A stretch of DNA of 63,196 nt, counting the filler, from Saprolegnia diclina VS20 (lineage: Eukaryota), in assembly GCF_000281045.1 (NCBI RefSeq). It is 6 parts of 2 records of this genome, joined end to end, with 100 filler letters (N's around TTAATTAATTAA, not from the genome) between each part and the next. Parts side by side here need not be neighbours in the genome. Positions count along the whole stretch, not along the records: positions 35,535 to 56,388 come from NW_008246071.1; positions 56,489 to 58,019 come from NW_008246071.1; positions 58,120 to 61,337 come from NW_008246072.1; positions 61,438 to 63,196 come from NW_008246072.1; 2 more parts are not named here. The stretch is one strand, 5' to 3'. Made by a program: the position numbers and the translations under genes. Position 1 is the stretch's first letter, and each line of letters opens with the position of its first letter. This document shows positions 50,134 through 63,155 of the stretch, one piece after another. A model generated the notes under the pieces. That model saw only the letters and a program-made list of their open reading frames with translations, had not been told where the DNA came from and ran no database searches.

Positions 50134-53002
50134 ATGATCCACTCGCGGCGACTCGTGACAACGATCGCTGGCCTTGGCCTCGCGAGCGCGAGCGCATGGA
50201 TGTACTCGGACGAGGACATGGCGCCTCTCGTCGTCGAGAGCCCGACGAAGAAGTCGAAGCGCAGCCGCAACAACAGCCTCAACGGGCCATGGGACGCCAA
50301 ACGCCATGGCATCGAGCAGAGCTACTTCCGCAAGGTCGGCGACTACCTCGCGTCCGCGACCGTCCAAGCATCGACGGCGTATGTCTCCCTTGCAGGGCGT
50401 GGCAACCAGGCGCTCGACGTGGCCGACCGCGGACACCCGCAGCTCGACGCCAAGCAGTTGATTGCCAGCAGCAACTTTGATCTACTCCTCAACCTCGTCG
50501 CGAGCGATACCAACAACACAGTACACGACGACACGTACAAAGCAATCAACCGTGCGGCCGAGCGCAACGTCGAATGCGCGGCCGCGATCGCCGAGCGGGC
50601 GACGCGGTACGGCAAGCAGGCGCTCGTGCACCTCGCACGGCGCAACGACCTCGATGGACGCCTTGGCGACGCGCTCCGCGGACTGACCGTCCTCAACGGC
50701 AACGAATGTCGGTTCGGGCCTGCGAACCTCACATCACTCGTCGCACTCGTATGCGCCAGCGACCTCCCACCGTCCTACGCCGAGTTTGCGTGGTGGGCCC
50801 TCGCTGCTAGTGCGAGCGACCGCGCGCTCACGTCACGCTACCGGTGGCGCAAAGCGTGGTTTGGCGACGATCGCGTTGCTCGGACGCGGTCCGTCCTCAT
50901 GAAGAACCCGTACATCTGGTCGGCGCTGCTCGCAACCGACGCCGCCAGCCCCGAAGTGCAGGTACCGATCTGACAATAAACTATTCCTCATTCAGATGCA
51001 TAGCTCCAAGCCTCATCGCTCGTCAAAGAACTCGTCAAGTCCTCCACCATGACGACCTGCCTCGACGATGAGAAACTCGACTTGATCTGGGAGTGGTTTG
51101 TCACGGACGATGACGTACCGCTCAGCCTCAACGCCATCGAGACGCTTGCGGTCGTTGCATCGGACCCTGCGTGGCGCGCCAAGGTGCTCAGCCGCGGCTT
51201 CCTCGACCAGCTGCACCACAAGATGCACGGAACGAAGGACCCGCGCCTGGCCGCCGCGGTCCTCCGCGCTGTCCACGCAGTCGCGTTTCACCACGCGTCG
51301 TCGGACCTGGACGCCCACGCGCTCTCGCGCTTTGACGACGGCGTCAGCGTCCTCGACGACGATTGGCTCGGCGGCTCCGAAGCCGTCGACGAGCCCACGT
51401 ATGTGGCCGGCTGGATCGACCTCTTCACCTCGTACCTTGGGCACGACGATGTTGACATTGCGCGCGAAGCTGTCCGGTGCCTCGAGGCTCTCTCGACCAC
51501 AGGCAGCTACAAGAGCCAAGGGTACACCACTCTCGACACTGCGGGCCACAGCGCTCATGCCGACTAGGGTGCAAGAGTGGCTTATCGCTGTGCTCGACCA
51601 AGTCCTTCGCAATGTGCCCCATGAAGTCGCAACGCAGGCCAGCACGGTACGCGCGGCCCGGAGTCGGACGCGACCGCTCCAGAACGCGCCCCCGAACAAG
51701 CCAAATGAGTATCTGGACGCGCACACGCGGGCACTGCGCGCCCTTGCGTTCGTGATCGAACGGCCCGAGTGCCAAGGCGCGTTTGTCAAAGCCGGCGGCC
51801 TCTCGCTGCTGCACGCAATGGCGGCGTCGCTCGAGACGAACGGCCCGTCGACCGCCAAGTTTCAACTCGAGTGGGCCCGCGTCCTCGCCAACCTCGCGTC
51901 CAGTGCCAACATACATTGGCACGTCAAGAGCGAGCTCCAGCGCGGTGTGTGGACGTCGGCGCTCACGACGCTCGCACAGTCCTCCAACATCCAAGTCCAA
52001 ATGCAAGCTCGGCGAGCCCTCCACAATCTCTCGATGGTCACCATGGTCCGTGACAAGCAGGATGCCAACGATGAGGACGAAGACGCAATCGAGCAAATGC
52101 CCCAAGAGAACGTGGTGTACCTCGAAGGCGTCCACCCGATGCTCGGTGCCCCGACCGAAGGGCCGCCGGCTGCATATGACGTCGACGTTGTCTTCATCCA
52201 CGGCCTTCTTGGCTGTGCGTACGAGACGTGGATCGGCGGCGACAACATCCACGCGCCCGACGCGTCGACGCCCGTCTGGGCCAACGACTGGCTCGTCGCC
52301 GACCTCCGCGCCAAAGGGCTCTCGCCCCGAGTCGTGTCCCTTGGCTACGATTCCAAGATCTTTGCGTCCGAGTCCAACTTTGAGACGCTCTGTCTCGAAG
52401 ATACGAGCCGCGATTTGCTCCAGAAGCTCCAGAAAGCCCAGGTGGGTACGTCCAATCGGCCGGTCGTGTTTGTGACGCACAGCTTGGGCGGCATCGTCCT
52501 CAAGAAGATGCTCAGTGACGCGCCGGACCACGACATGGCGTCCTTGCCCGAGGCGACGTCCGGCATGATGTTTTACTCGACGCCGCACCACGGGTCGCCG
52601 GTGGCCGTCGCCCTCCAGCGCATCAACGTCAAGAGCCTCAACCTCGCGCACCCGGTCGTCGCCGACCTCCACGGCACGCCGCGTCTCAAGCATCTCAACG
52701 AGTGGTGCGCGGCCTTTGCGGCCGAGAAGGGCGCCAACCTCCACGTGCTCAGCGTCGGCGAGACGCGCCCGATGAAGATCCCGATCGTCGGCGTCGAGGC
52801 CGTCGTTGTGCCCGAGGCGTCGTCCAACCCGGGCTTTGGCGAGTACGTACGGCTGGACGACGCCGACCACATTGACGTCTGCAAGCCCAAGTCCATCGAC
52901 GACGTGCGGTATACGCTGGCCCGCGACTTCATCCTGCGGTCCGTCCCGCGTCCAAGCAACAACGACGACCATGGCGACGGCCACGACACTCATAACTTAT
53001 AA
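50134..53002 (+). CDS. SERAC1: SERAC1-like protein (helical/ARM region + alpha/beta hydrolase)
   Basis: N-terminal TM, DVVFIHGLLG, RPVVFVTHSLGGIVLKKML, FYSTPHHGS, DHIDVCKP. Confidence 0.85.
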
Positions 53003-53033
53003 ATACAGACGCGTCATATTATCAGGAGGTGGT

Positions 53034-53711
53034 CTATGATGCGACGCGCGTGCGCTTCTTCCGGCCAGGCCCGCGGTAGTACCAGAGGCCGACGCTGACC
53101 CAGCACGGGCTTGTGCACACAGCGCCAAAGAGCAGAATCGGACTGCAGAGCACGAGAAAGCAGGCGATGGGGATGCCCATGCAGCACCCGCACGCGAGCA
53201 AGAGCATTTGCAGCAGCCAGAGGTGCCACTAGACAGGGTATAATGAGACCATTGGCGACACACCGAAGGACGCGGTACCTCTTTGAACCACTGCCAGCTC
53301 GGCGGCAAGCACTTGTCGAGGAACGACGCGACGTTGGCCATGACGGTGCGCGGCGACGACGGGCGCTCGGTCGGGATGTACGGGCAGGTCGTGTTGGACA
53401 CAAAGAGGACGTGGTTCGCCGGCAAAATCTCGGGCTGGCTCAAGTGGAGACGCTGCACGAGCAGCGTCGGGTCGCAGTACGGCGTATTGAACGGCGTGAG
53501 CATGTACGGCGTGAGCGGGTTCTGCCATAGCACGTGAGATGCGTTGCGTGAGGACGGAGGAGGATGCGCCTACCACGTGCAGGGCATTGTTGATGTCTTG
53601 CGCCGCCTTGACCTTGGTTACGAGCATTCCGTCCCACTCGGTGGCCGCGCGCGTCGGCTCGTGGTGGCGGCCATCGGTCTCGGCCGGCGCGTCGCTCGAC
53701 GGGCCCGACAT
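53034..53711 (-). CDS. Hypothetical protein with a hydrophobic Cys-rich C-terminus
   Basis: Three exons joined by GT-AG introns, ending WLLQMLLLACGCCMGIPIACFLVLCSPILLFG... Confidence 0.6.
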
Positions 53712-53862
53712 GGAGGATCTCGGGCGTGGATCGGAAATGAACCTCAACTGGCCTCTCGGAAGGCCGGTTCGAAAAACGTTGCACTTGGTTTTTGTATGGT
53801 CTGGGCCGAAAAAGCGCAGAAACCAACTGAAATTGAATCCTGCACGTTTTTTGTGGAACAAG

Positions 53863-55414
53863 ATGGCGAGTCGGGAATATGGCCTCGACGGGCTCGGGAC
53901 GCTGCCGCTCCTCGAGCAAGTCCACCGGCTCCATCACGCCATCTCCATGGGGTACCCTTACCGCGAGGTATAGAATGATGGGTCGCAACGTAGCCTGCAT
54001 CATCCTGGCAACGTAGACGCAGGCGTGGACGACCATGCCGATTGCCGACAAACGGCGCCTCTTGCAGTACATCAAGGAGAGCCGCCACGCCGCCGCTGTC
54101 AAGGCGCCGCCGCCGCTCACGCCCAAGGACGCGTCTGGCATCGCGGAAGACGACGATTACGACGATGAGAAACCGGCGCCGTCCGCGCCACCCACTGCCA
54201 TCGACGACGGACTCGCGCCCATGGCGTCGCCGAGCAGCAGCGACGCGCCGCCCGACCCGACGAACGACATCTACTTGAACATGATTGAGACGCGCACGGC
54301 AACAGGCCGCCGGCGATGGACGATCCAAGAGGCCCCGGCGCCGGTCTGTCCATGCGGTGAGACGCATGCGGCCAAGACATCGTGCGTGGTGCTCAATGAA
54401 GTCAAGCTCATGATGACGACGTTTGGCGACAGCGATTATCCATGCGACGCGACGGCCACGTACATCCAAGCCAAAGGTATGCTTCTCCATTGTCCGCCAT
54501 GGTCGATCCTCATATTTTGCAGTCAAAGCCAGCTTTCGCGCTGCGCTGGGTCCGCTCGAGCAAGTCGAGCTCATGGTAGTACTCGACTCCACAGCATGTC
54601 TTCATTGCGTGGCGCGTGTAGGGGCTCATTGAGCGCTTCCCGAACGAAGCCATGTACTATGGTCGATGGAAGGACTTTCGCTCGACGGCCAAGAACCCGG
54701 GCGATGACGCCAGCAGCAACGCAGCGGACGACACGATCACGGACGAGATGGTCGACGAGATGGACCTCATTGCGTCGTACGAAGACAAGGAGGCGCCGAC
54801 GCTGGAAGTGTACTTTACGGTGCGTCCATGCTGGGGCAAGCGAGTGTCCTACGATCATATCCCAGGAGCGCATCAAGTTTGCCGACGTGCGCACCAAGAC
54901 GATGGAGTCGACGTCATACCTCGAGTTCTCCAAGTACGACGCATCGTCGAGTGGTTGAATCGACTAACATCGACTAGGAAACGCACAACCAATTTCATGT
55001 CGCAGTCGGCGCCGTTCCTGACGTGGCTCGACGTGCCCAAGTGCTCGCGGGCGACGCTCGAGTTCCTCAATTTTATCATCTACAACCGGTGCGACTACCT
55101 CGTCCTCCTCTTGCTCTGCATCAACAACGTCTCATCTCGGTGTTAGCATTGGGCTCTTTGTGGAAGACGCGATCCGGGCCAAACACAATGGTCAGCTCGT
55201 CCGACTCGAGGCGCCGCTCCTGGTCGCCGACATCCAGTACGCACATATTCGACTTGTTGGGATAGGGATGCTATCATGGCGTAGGGCGGCGTCGATCACC
55301 ACGCAGGCCAGCAGCGCCGCTTTGCCGTTCGCTGTTGCACCGCCGGCCAAGCGCAAGGCGGAGCCGACGCACTTGGTCTCGCCGCCGGCCGCGCGGCTCA
55401 AGCGCTTACGGTAG
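53863..55414 (+). CDS. SPT3: SAGA subunit SPT3-like (TFIID-18kDa histone-fold family)
   Basis: EVKLMMTTFGD, ERIKFADVRTKTM...YLEFSK...NF, LEFLNFI. Confidence 0.8.
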
Positions 55415-56207
55415 CCCTTGCAATGCGAATCAAATAGACGTTTTCGAGCTCGGGCGTCGCGCTGGCGAGCAGTGTCGCCTCGAGACGCCAGCGCGCCAAG
55501 TACGGCTGCAGCGTGTGGAGCACACTAGTTGGTATACGCTGAGCGGACGTTGGACATGCGCCGTTGTACCTTCGGAGCTGGTATGCCACGTACGCCACGC
55601 AGCACATGGGGTTGAGCGCGATGAGGCGAGCGATGGTGGCGACGGCGTCCTCAAAGTCTACGTAGCACAAGGCGTTGGACGTGGTGGTGGGACGGAATAT
55701 GTACCGTCCGGCTCGTAAAAGCAGTCGGCGGCGAGAATCACGTCACAGGCCCAGTCGCGAGAGACCGGATCTCCCCATGCGAGCGTTGCCTAAAGGAATA
55801 CTATGAGCAACGGCGACAACCCTGGAGTACCGTGTGGATGCAGGCCGGGTCGAGCTGGTTGAGCGCGATGGAGCGCGTCGCCGGCGCCAAGTCAGCCATG
55901 CACTTGTCGGTGAGTCGCACAGAGGCGGCGCCGAGCTTGGCAGCCAAAAGCCCTGGCAAGGCAGTGCCAGCGCCAAGCTCGACAACCGCCTTGGACGCAA
56001 CAAGCTGCGGCTGCTGCGCAAGGAAGGTCGCGAGCGCGATGGCACACGGCCAGACGTAGCAGCCGAGATCGAGGTCCGTGGCGGCTGTAGCCGACGCGCC
56101 GAGCTCCTGCGACTGGGTCGAGACACACTATTTCCACCGGGACCACGCACCTCCTGCACCAAGACGCGGGTCTGCGCGAACGCGAACGTCTTGACGTCCG
56201 TCGGCAT
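55398..56207 (-). CDS. METTL23: Family-16 protein methyltransferase (METTL23-like)
   Basis: GCYVWPCAIALATFL, VVELGAGTALPGL, LTD, LAWG, DVILAADCFY, YQLR. Confidence 0.8.
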
Positions 56208-56706
56208 GCAACCAAAGTATTTGCACGGAAATAGTGTACATCTACAGCAATCACTCAGACCACTCAGCTCATTGCGAATTTCAACTTTAGTTGTCATTCA
56301 ATCCTTCTCTTGGATTCGAAAAGTAAGACAAGAAAAATGACCCAAGAAATATCAATATTGTAATCAATATTTGGGAGGCTCTTAGTGGNNNNNNNNNNNN
56401 NNNNNNNNNNNNNNNNNNNNNNNNNNNNNNNNTTAATTAATTAANNNNNNNNNNNNNNNNNNNNNNNNNNNNNNNNNNNNNNNNNNNNTGGTGAAATAAA
56501 GATAGGCCACTTGGATATTTTGGCGACGCTTTTGTTGCGCTGGAATTCACAATCCAGGGCCAGCGATCTGATTGGTGGCTCTGGGCGACTAGATGGCTTT
56601 TGATTGGTGGCCCTGCCATTGCCACCTCCAATAATGCATAGATGCGCATCATGTTTTAGAGTGCATGTATGGTCGGCCCATTTGGATGCCGACGACACAC
56701 ACAGCC

Positions 56707-57510
56707 ATGGCTCGCATCCGCCCCGATCCCAAGGACCGCTTCGTGAACAGCGACGACAAACGGGCCTGCATCGAGTGCTTTGCCACCAACAATCACATGA
56801 TGGGCTGTACGAAGGACCCCAAGAACCGCGCTCAGTCTGCGATGGACCCCACCAAGCTGCGCCTCGCCCGGCTCGAGTCCGCCGCCGCCGATCACGAAGC
56901 GGCCACCGGGCAAGATGTGTACGACTGCGATGCTGCAGCTCGAGAAGCAGACGCTGGCGAGGATGATGAAGCCTTCGAGGGCGACGAGTCCGTCGCGCTT
57001 AGCCGTCCCGACCTCAAGGCGCACCTGGACGAGATGTGGCGGAGCGTCTCCAACGCTTCCACGGATGTACGGCGCCCGTGTGGCGCAGTCGGCGACCTAG
57101 GACAAGACCAAGTGGCCCAACGACTCGTTCATGCTCCCAAGTGCGCTGCTCAAGGCGGGTACCCCAACGATGCTCGACTTCTTTTTCTCCAACATGCAAG
57201 TCTTCGTCAAGCGTCCGTTCTTGTTTTACGGCGACGTCATGGGCGACTTTGGCTTGAAGTGCGTTGCGTGTGGAGAGTAAGGATGTCATCTCTACGGCTG
57301 GAACGACTCGTGGAACGTCGTCGTTGGTGTGGACAACATGACGCTGGCCAAAGTCCGCTCGTTCAAGCACCAGACTGCCCCGTTGCTCTCAAAAATAACA
57401 AAAGCGCTTTGTCTTCTCCGCGCTCCGCGTCCCCAGCGCCTTACAGACAAAGTGAAAAAAGAGCGTGAGTCAATTTCCCGATGCTCTCGCCCGAGTATGG
57501 AAGGATTCTA
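56707..57510 (+). pseudogene. Disrupted ORF, possibly transposon-derived
   Basis: Coding-like GC3 bias with frameshifts and stops. Contains CxxC motifs (CIEC; KCVACG...GW). Confidence 0.4.
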
Positions 57511-58119
57511 ACGCCGAGGGGCGCGAGGCTCTGCACAAAGCTGCACTTGCTGCTGCCCCCTCGACGACCGCCATCGTCGCGCCACTGTCCGATCGTTGCC
57601 ACATTTATTTATTCGTAAACCGCTCAAGTATTTGTATTCCCTGTGCACTCACTGTCTAGTGCTTGGCAGTGTTTGGTGTCGATAGCTCGTGCCCTATGAC
57701 CGTCCCTTTGAAAGGCATTTGTGATTGGTTAGCGCTGCGGTCCGAAAACCCAGGGCCAGATAATTGATTCGCTGATACTACCCTAACTCGACCAGAGCCA
57801 CGATTTTGATTGGCTGTTCAGGGAGGCTGATTGCTTATCGCCAGGTCCGTGGCGATTAGCCGCCGTCCTTTGTTGCGTCTGCCCTCCCGGCGCCATCCGA
57901 ATGCGCGCTGCCGAGTCCGGAAAAGATCCGGGCGAGTACGGCTCGAATCCCAGTTTTATTGCCATCTCGCCGATATTTTGTGGTGTTTGGAGACCCGTGA
58001 GGCAATCCCAATGCAAGGGNNNNNNNNNNNNNNNNNNNNNNNNNNNNNNNNNNNNNNNNNNNNTTAATTAATTAANNNNNNNNNNNNNNNNNNNNNNNNN
58101 NNNNNNNNNNNNNNNNNNN

Positions 58120-59674
58120 CTCTGCAGCCGGGTGTCGCACGTCAACGCACGCACGAGTGTCCACCGCGGCGGCAAAAAGCTCTCGACAAGCGCCAAAATT
58201 GGGGGCGGAAGGCGCGTCGCCACGATCCCACCGACGAGCGGGTCCGTGGACTCGTCGACCAAGCACAAGGACACGCGCAGTGCGTCGTTCACAAAGCTGT
58301 CGAGATGCGGAATGTGTCTGGCCAGCATCTCTTTGCGCTCAAAAAATCTACGAGCCAAACTGCCGTAGGACGGAATGTAGCTGACCGAGCTGTGGCGCTC
58401 CAAAAGCAAACAAAGTACGGCGTCGAGTAGCACGATTGCGTGGCGCTGTCGCACACAGAGCTTGTTGTCCTCGACGAGACTCGCCATCAAGCGCATGTGC
58501 ATGGCGTCGGTGCGCTCGATGAGGTTCAGATAGGGCGGAAGTACTACATGCCACCCGTAGCGCGTCACGAGCGCACGGAACCAATCGCAGACGACCGCGG
58601 GCATGGTCCAAAAGTGAGTGTCGGTCGTTCTCAAAAGCAAGAGCATCGCCAGGCTGAGGTCTCTAGTGGTGAGTAGGCATGCGCCGAGTGACGCCCAGTT
58701 GTCGGAAGTTACGTGAAGATTGTGCCGTCCACACAACTTGTCGCCAAGCATGTGGATCGTCGCCGACGCCAAGTCGTCCAGTGTCTTCAACCCGAGCAAG
58801 TCGGTGCTGTCACCGGCAACGTACGACGTCACGAGGGACGTCGCGGCTTCAAACCCGAGAAAGTTCACGCGGTGCGTCTTGGGCCAAAACACTACATCGA
58901 TCAAGTCGACGGTTGTCACAAAGGCGTGGTCGCAGCCCAAAAACGTTTGGAGGCGGGCACGGGTGCAGGCCGCGGCGACCGACGCTGGTACACGGCATCG
59001 AGGGTCAAATAGCGCCGCATTGGAGGATCCCAACGAAAACACCGCGACGTCGAGGACCTTGGTGGACACAAAAAACGTGATCATGTCGCGGATGTTGTCC
59101 GAGACGCCGCCCATTATCGAGAGAGCGCCACGGTGATAGAGACCCTCATGACGACAGCGACGTACGCGTCGTTGTTGACAGCGAAAGCGGCGTCGTACAT
59201 TTGCTTGACCGTTGGGATCGGTGCCGGCTTCCTGGACACGGGAGTCTTGGCGGTAGAGGTGCCATTGTCATCATCGTCATCACCGTCACTGTAGTCACTA
59301 TCGTCGTGTCCGTACGCGTTGTCAAAGTCCATATCACTCGGGTATATGGTGTTGTTGCTGTAGTAGTGCCTGCCGCGATCGCTGTCGCTGTCACTAGAGT
59401 TCTCGTCATCTATTCGACTCATGCCAAAGNNNNNNNNNNNNNNNNNNNNNNNNNNNNNNNNNNNNNNNNNNNNNNNNNNNNNNNNNNNNNNNNNNNNNNN
59501 NNNNNNNNNNNNNNNNNNNNNNNNNNNNNCACTCGGGTATATGGTGTTGTTGCTGTAGTAGTGCCTGCCGCGATCGCTGTCGCTGTCACTAGAGTTCTCG
59601 TCATCTATTCGACTCATGCCAAAGGGTACGATTCCAAGTAGTGGAAGAAGCGTTTTGCGCAAAAGGTCGAGCAA
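58120..59674 (-). pseudogene. Fragment of a lineage-specific hypothetical protein, frameshifted near 59115
   Basis: Long open frames with an acidic low-complexity stretch, VVFWPKxHR and LPPPILALVESFL. Bounded by gaps. Confidence 0.45.
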
Positions 59675-61983
59675 GCGAAAGACCCGATGAGATCCGTGCT
59701 ATAGATAGAGGATAGAACGTTAGTAGGCGGGCGCTTCATAGCCCCGATAGCTTAGCATTCGTGTTTTCAGCCTCTCAGCCGTAAGCGATCTTTGGGGCCA
59801 TACCTCTCTTCAGCTCCCACAAGCCTCGTCGAAACACTACCACGTACAGCATCATACACGGCCAACGTCTATTCGGCGACAACGACAGGAACTGGGCAAC
59901 GTCGGCTGCCAGATCGACATTAAGTGGCCACAAGGACGGCAGCTCGGCACGACACGACGCTAGGACCAGATGAGGCGACGTTTTGGTCGACAAGGCTCGC
60001 CACAGCAGTCGTTTGGCAACACGGCTCGGCATCGACGACGGCAGCGCACCATCAACGCGGCGCTGCTCGGGACAGCTACAGCGACTGCGGCGACGGTGAA
60101 GTCGACACCGCCTACTCCAGGCGGCGGTTCGGACAACGCCGCTCGGCGTCAACAACGATGACAGCGGCTCTAAACGTCCCTGTCCGACGGCGCGGTGTCG
60201 TCCACGCTGGCAGTCCAGTGACGCCGACGGTTCCATAGATGAGGCGTTACGACTACAGTTACAGCGACGACTCAAACGATACCGCCTAGTCTCGGTGGAG
60301 CGCGGGCTATGCCCTTCAGCGGTAACACTACCGGTGTCAGCTCACAACGATACGGAAAGACATTGCCCAACGTCACTCACGGCGACGATGGCTGGTTACA
60401 TCACTGCACTGCCCAATGGCAGGATCAACGACGATGGGATCGACATCACTGGCTCACGGAACACCTCAGTCACCGCCTGACAGACCACGGCTGCGGTAGC
60501 GCTGCCCCAACGCGGCGCTGCACGGTCACGGTCACGCCGAAGGCTCAAGCGACGACACCGCCTAGTCTCGGTGGCAGCTCAGGCAAGGTCCATTAGTGGA
60601 AGCGCCGCCGGCGTCGTCCGCAACGACCCAGCGAGACACCGCATGACGTCATGCAAGTTCCGGCTGATGACGCCTGCGGCGAGGATCCGACACGGCGCTG
60701 TACGGTGATGACTATGACGGCGGCTCGGTCCACGCCGCCTACGCGCGTCTTCCCGATTGCCGGCAAGCGGATGCTGTAACTGCGGCAGCGGCGCGTCACG
60801 ACTCGATATCGATGGCGGTCGGCCCGACACCGCTTAGTTATGGCGGCGGCCCGGCTCACTGTTGCTTCACTACTGCAACGATGGCGCCGTCCAACACAAC
60901 GCGAAGCGACTTGACAACGAGTACGATGACGGCCAGATCAACGCTACCTCATCTCGGCGGGGGGCCAGGTCTATGGTCGGTTCGATACGGTATGGCACGC
61001 CGCGCCTCGCTCGACGGCGATTGGGGCGTCAGATAGCGCGTTCGGAGCTTCGACTCAACAACTCGGCGACGATTCAGCAACATCAAGAATGATACCAGTT
61101 ACTCGCGACCGTGGCTTGGACTACGACTGCTCTGTCGCGATGAATGCAACGCCGACAGCACACCACGATACCACACTGCTAGCGGCATCCAGCGCTAGAC
61201 GCAACAACAACGTCGGCTCGAAATTGCGACGTCGGCTCATACGGTGCCGCGCGGCCAGGACCTTGCGGATGGTTTGAGTCGTTCAAGAGCACCAGCAATT
61301 AGGTGACGGTCCGTCAACACCAATCGACCTCGAAGGCNNNNNNNNNNNNNNNNNNNNNNNNNNNNNNNNNNNNNNNNNNNNTTAATTAATTAANNNNNNN
61401 NNNNNNNNNNNNNNNNNNNNNNNNNNNNNNNNNNNNNGTGGGTACCCAGGAGCGCTGTGTTGAATATTGTCAACAAATGGCTGTGAACAACAGTGTGCGA
61501 CGGTAATCGAAAATAATCTTACGCAAATCCGTTATGCAAGCGCCGTTGGCGATGAGACCGGGTGGCGGTGCTTGACTCGTGAGGCAGCGGTATCGCATTC
61601 TTGAGCACGTACGAGGCGCGCTTGTTCAAGGCTGCAACTTGATCTCACTCTTCCTCTCGGTGGCTGACGACGCCGTCATGTTCTCGCACTCCGAATCCGC
61701 ATCTTACGAACCAGGGCGGATCCGCTGCGTGCGACCCCACGCTGCCTTTGCTAGAAAGTTCAAGTTGTACATGCATCAAGACTTCATTCACATGTTTACA
61801 AGTGACTCTGTGTGGAAGGCACTTGTCAACAACAAGGCAGCGACGCAGCTTACGCCGAGAGGTACGGCGAAATGAAATCCTGCNNNNNNNNNNNNNNNNN
61901 NNNNNNNNNNNNNNNNNNNNNNNNNNNNNNNNNNNNNNNNNNNNNNNNNNNNNNNNNNNNNNNNNNNNNNNNNNNNNNNNNNN

Positions 61984-63155
61984 ACGGTGCTCGCACCGAT
62001 ACGTGCCAAGTGGCAAAGACAATCGTAGGTCTAATTTGCCTTCGTTTCAATATACTCTTGTAGCATTAGTACAGGTTGACGGGAATACGTCCGCAGTATC
62101 ATTCTCAGCACAACATGGTACTGTCCACATTCCATCTTCGTGAGCCACTCGAATTGGTAGCGCTTGGCAAACCGAAATGTCCGTAGCCAGTAATCCATTG
62201 GCCAAATGTTACATATTTAGAATTGGTTTCGAGGTATCTTTGTCGTACTCAGACCTTTGCATACTGGTACAAAGTGACTAGTAAAATAACCTCCTTCACT
62301 CGCTTGCCTGGCTGTCGATGCACAGGCGGTGGTACGATGTGCCTCTTCCAAATGATGCACGCCCTGCGCCACGACGCCTGGCTTCGTGACCACCTCGTCC
62401 CGGCTTGCGCCATCCATACGCCTCGCCTTCAACACGGCTAAGCCTCGCCGCTGCTGCCGTCTAGCACAACACGCTCTGAATCGAAAGTCCACCCCCAAAA
62501 ACAGTTCAGTGTAAATTATATCTAAATAGACTCACTTCAACAACAACAGGCGATGGTACGGGGACTCGTCTATGTGCAGGACGATACTTCCACGCTATGC
62601 ACGATGGAGGTAGTTCGGAATTAGTGTCGTCGATCTCCATTGCCAGGTCTGATTTCGCAATGCGATGGCTGCTGCTCCTGATTGATTTTTTTAAGGTTGT
62701 GAGATGCAGATGATACGTTTACTCGCCCCCATAACGGTACTCCTCAACACGGCAAGTTTCGGCCCGAATCAGACTCATTAAATTTTCACCTTCAGGTCTC
62801 AGACACTATTAATACACCCACGATGTGTCTTTTGATCGGGTATCCATGACGAAACACAACATACGTTACCCAGTACCACCTCGTGTCACCAACGCTAACT
62901 TCATACTCCAGAGCATACTTGGTAGGTCCGAATCAAATAGCTACTCTGGTGACAAGCTGCTACTACAATACTGCGGACGTATTCCCGCCAACCTGTACTA
63001 ATGCTACAAGAGTATATTGAAACGAAGGCAAATTAGACCTACGATTGTCTTTGCCACTTGGCACGTATCGGTGCGAGCACCGTTTGAGCACCGAGTGCTG
63101 CTACAAAAATTGTTTCGTGCGCCGAGATCCGATTGGAGTACGCTCTTGGGTACCC
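61984..63155. mobile_element. Probable non-autonomous DNA transposon with long terminal inverted repeats
   Basis: 61984-62099 is the reverse complement of 62968-63083 (116 bp, 1 mismatch). The left arm runs into the gap. No intact internal ORF. Confidence 0.65.

Noticed and set aside
51425..52993. Long antisense or alternate-frame ORFs (e.g. 522 aa opposite SERAC1; similar ones elsewhere)
   Set aside because: Shadow ORFs expected from high GC3; no recognisable motifs.
59335..59624. 95-bp exact direct repeat either side of a 100-N gap
   Set aside because: Typical unmerged contig overlap, not biological.
7850..61393. Recurrent TTAATTAATTAA palindrome
   Set aside because: Always embedded in N runs; artificial linker.
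61579..61875. Possible Tc1-like transposase fragment (AFARK...FTSD)
   Set aside because: Similarity too weak to support without an HMM search.
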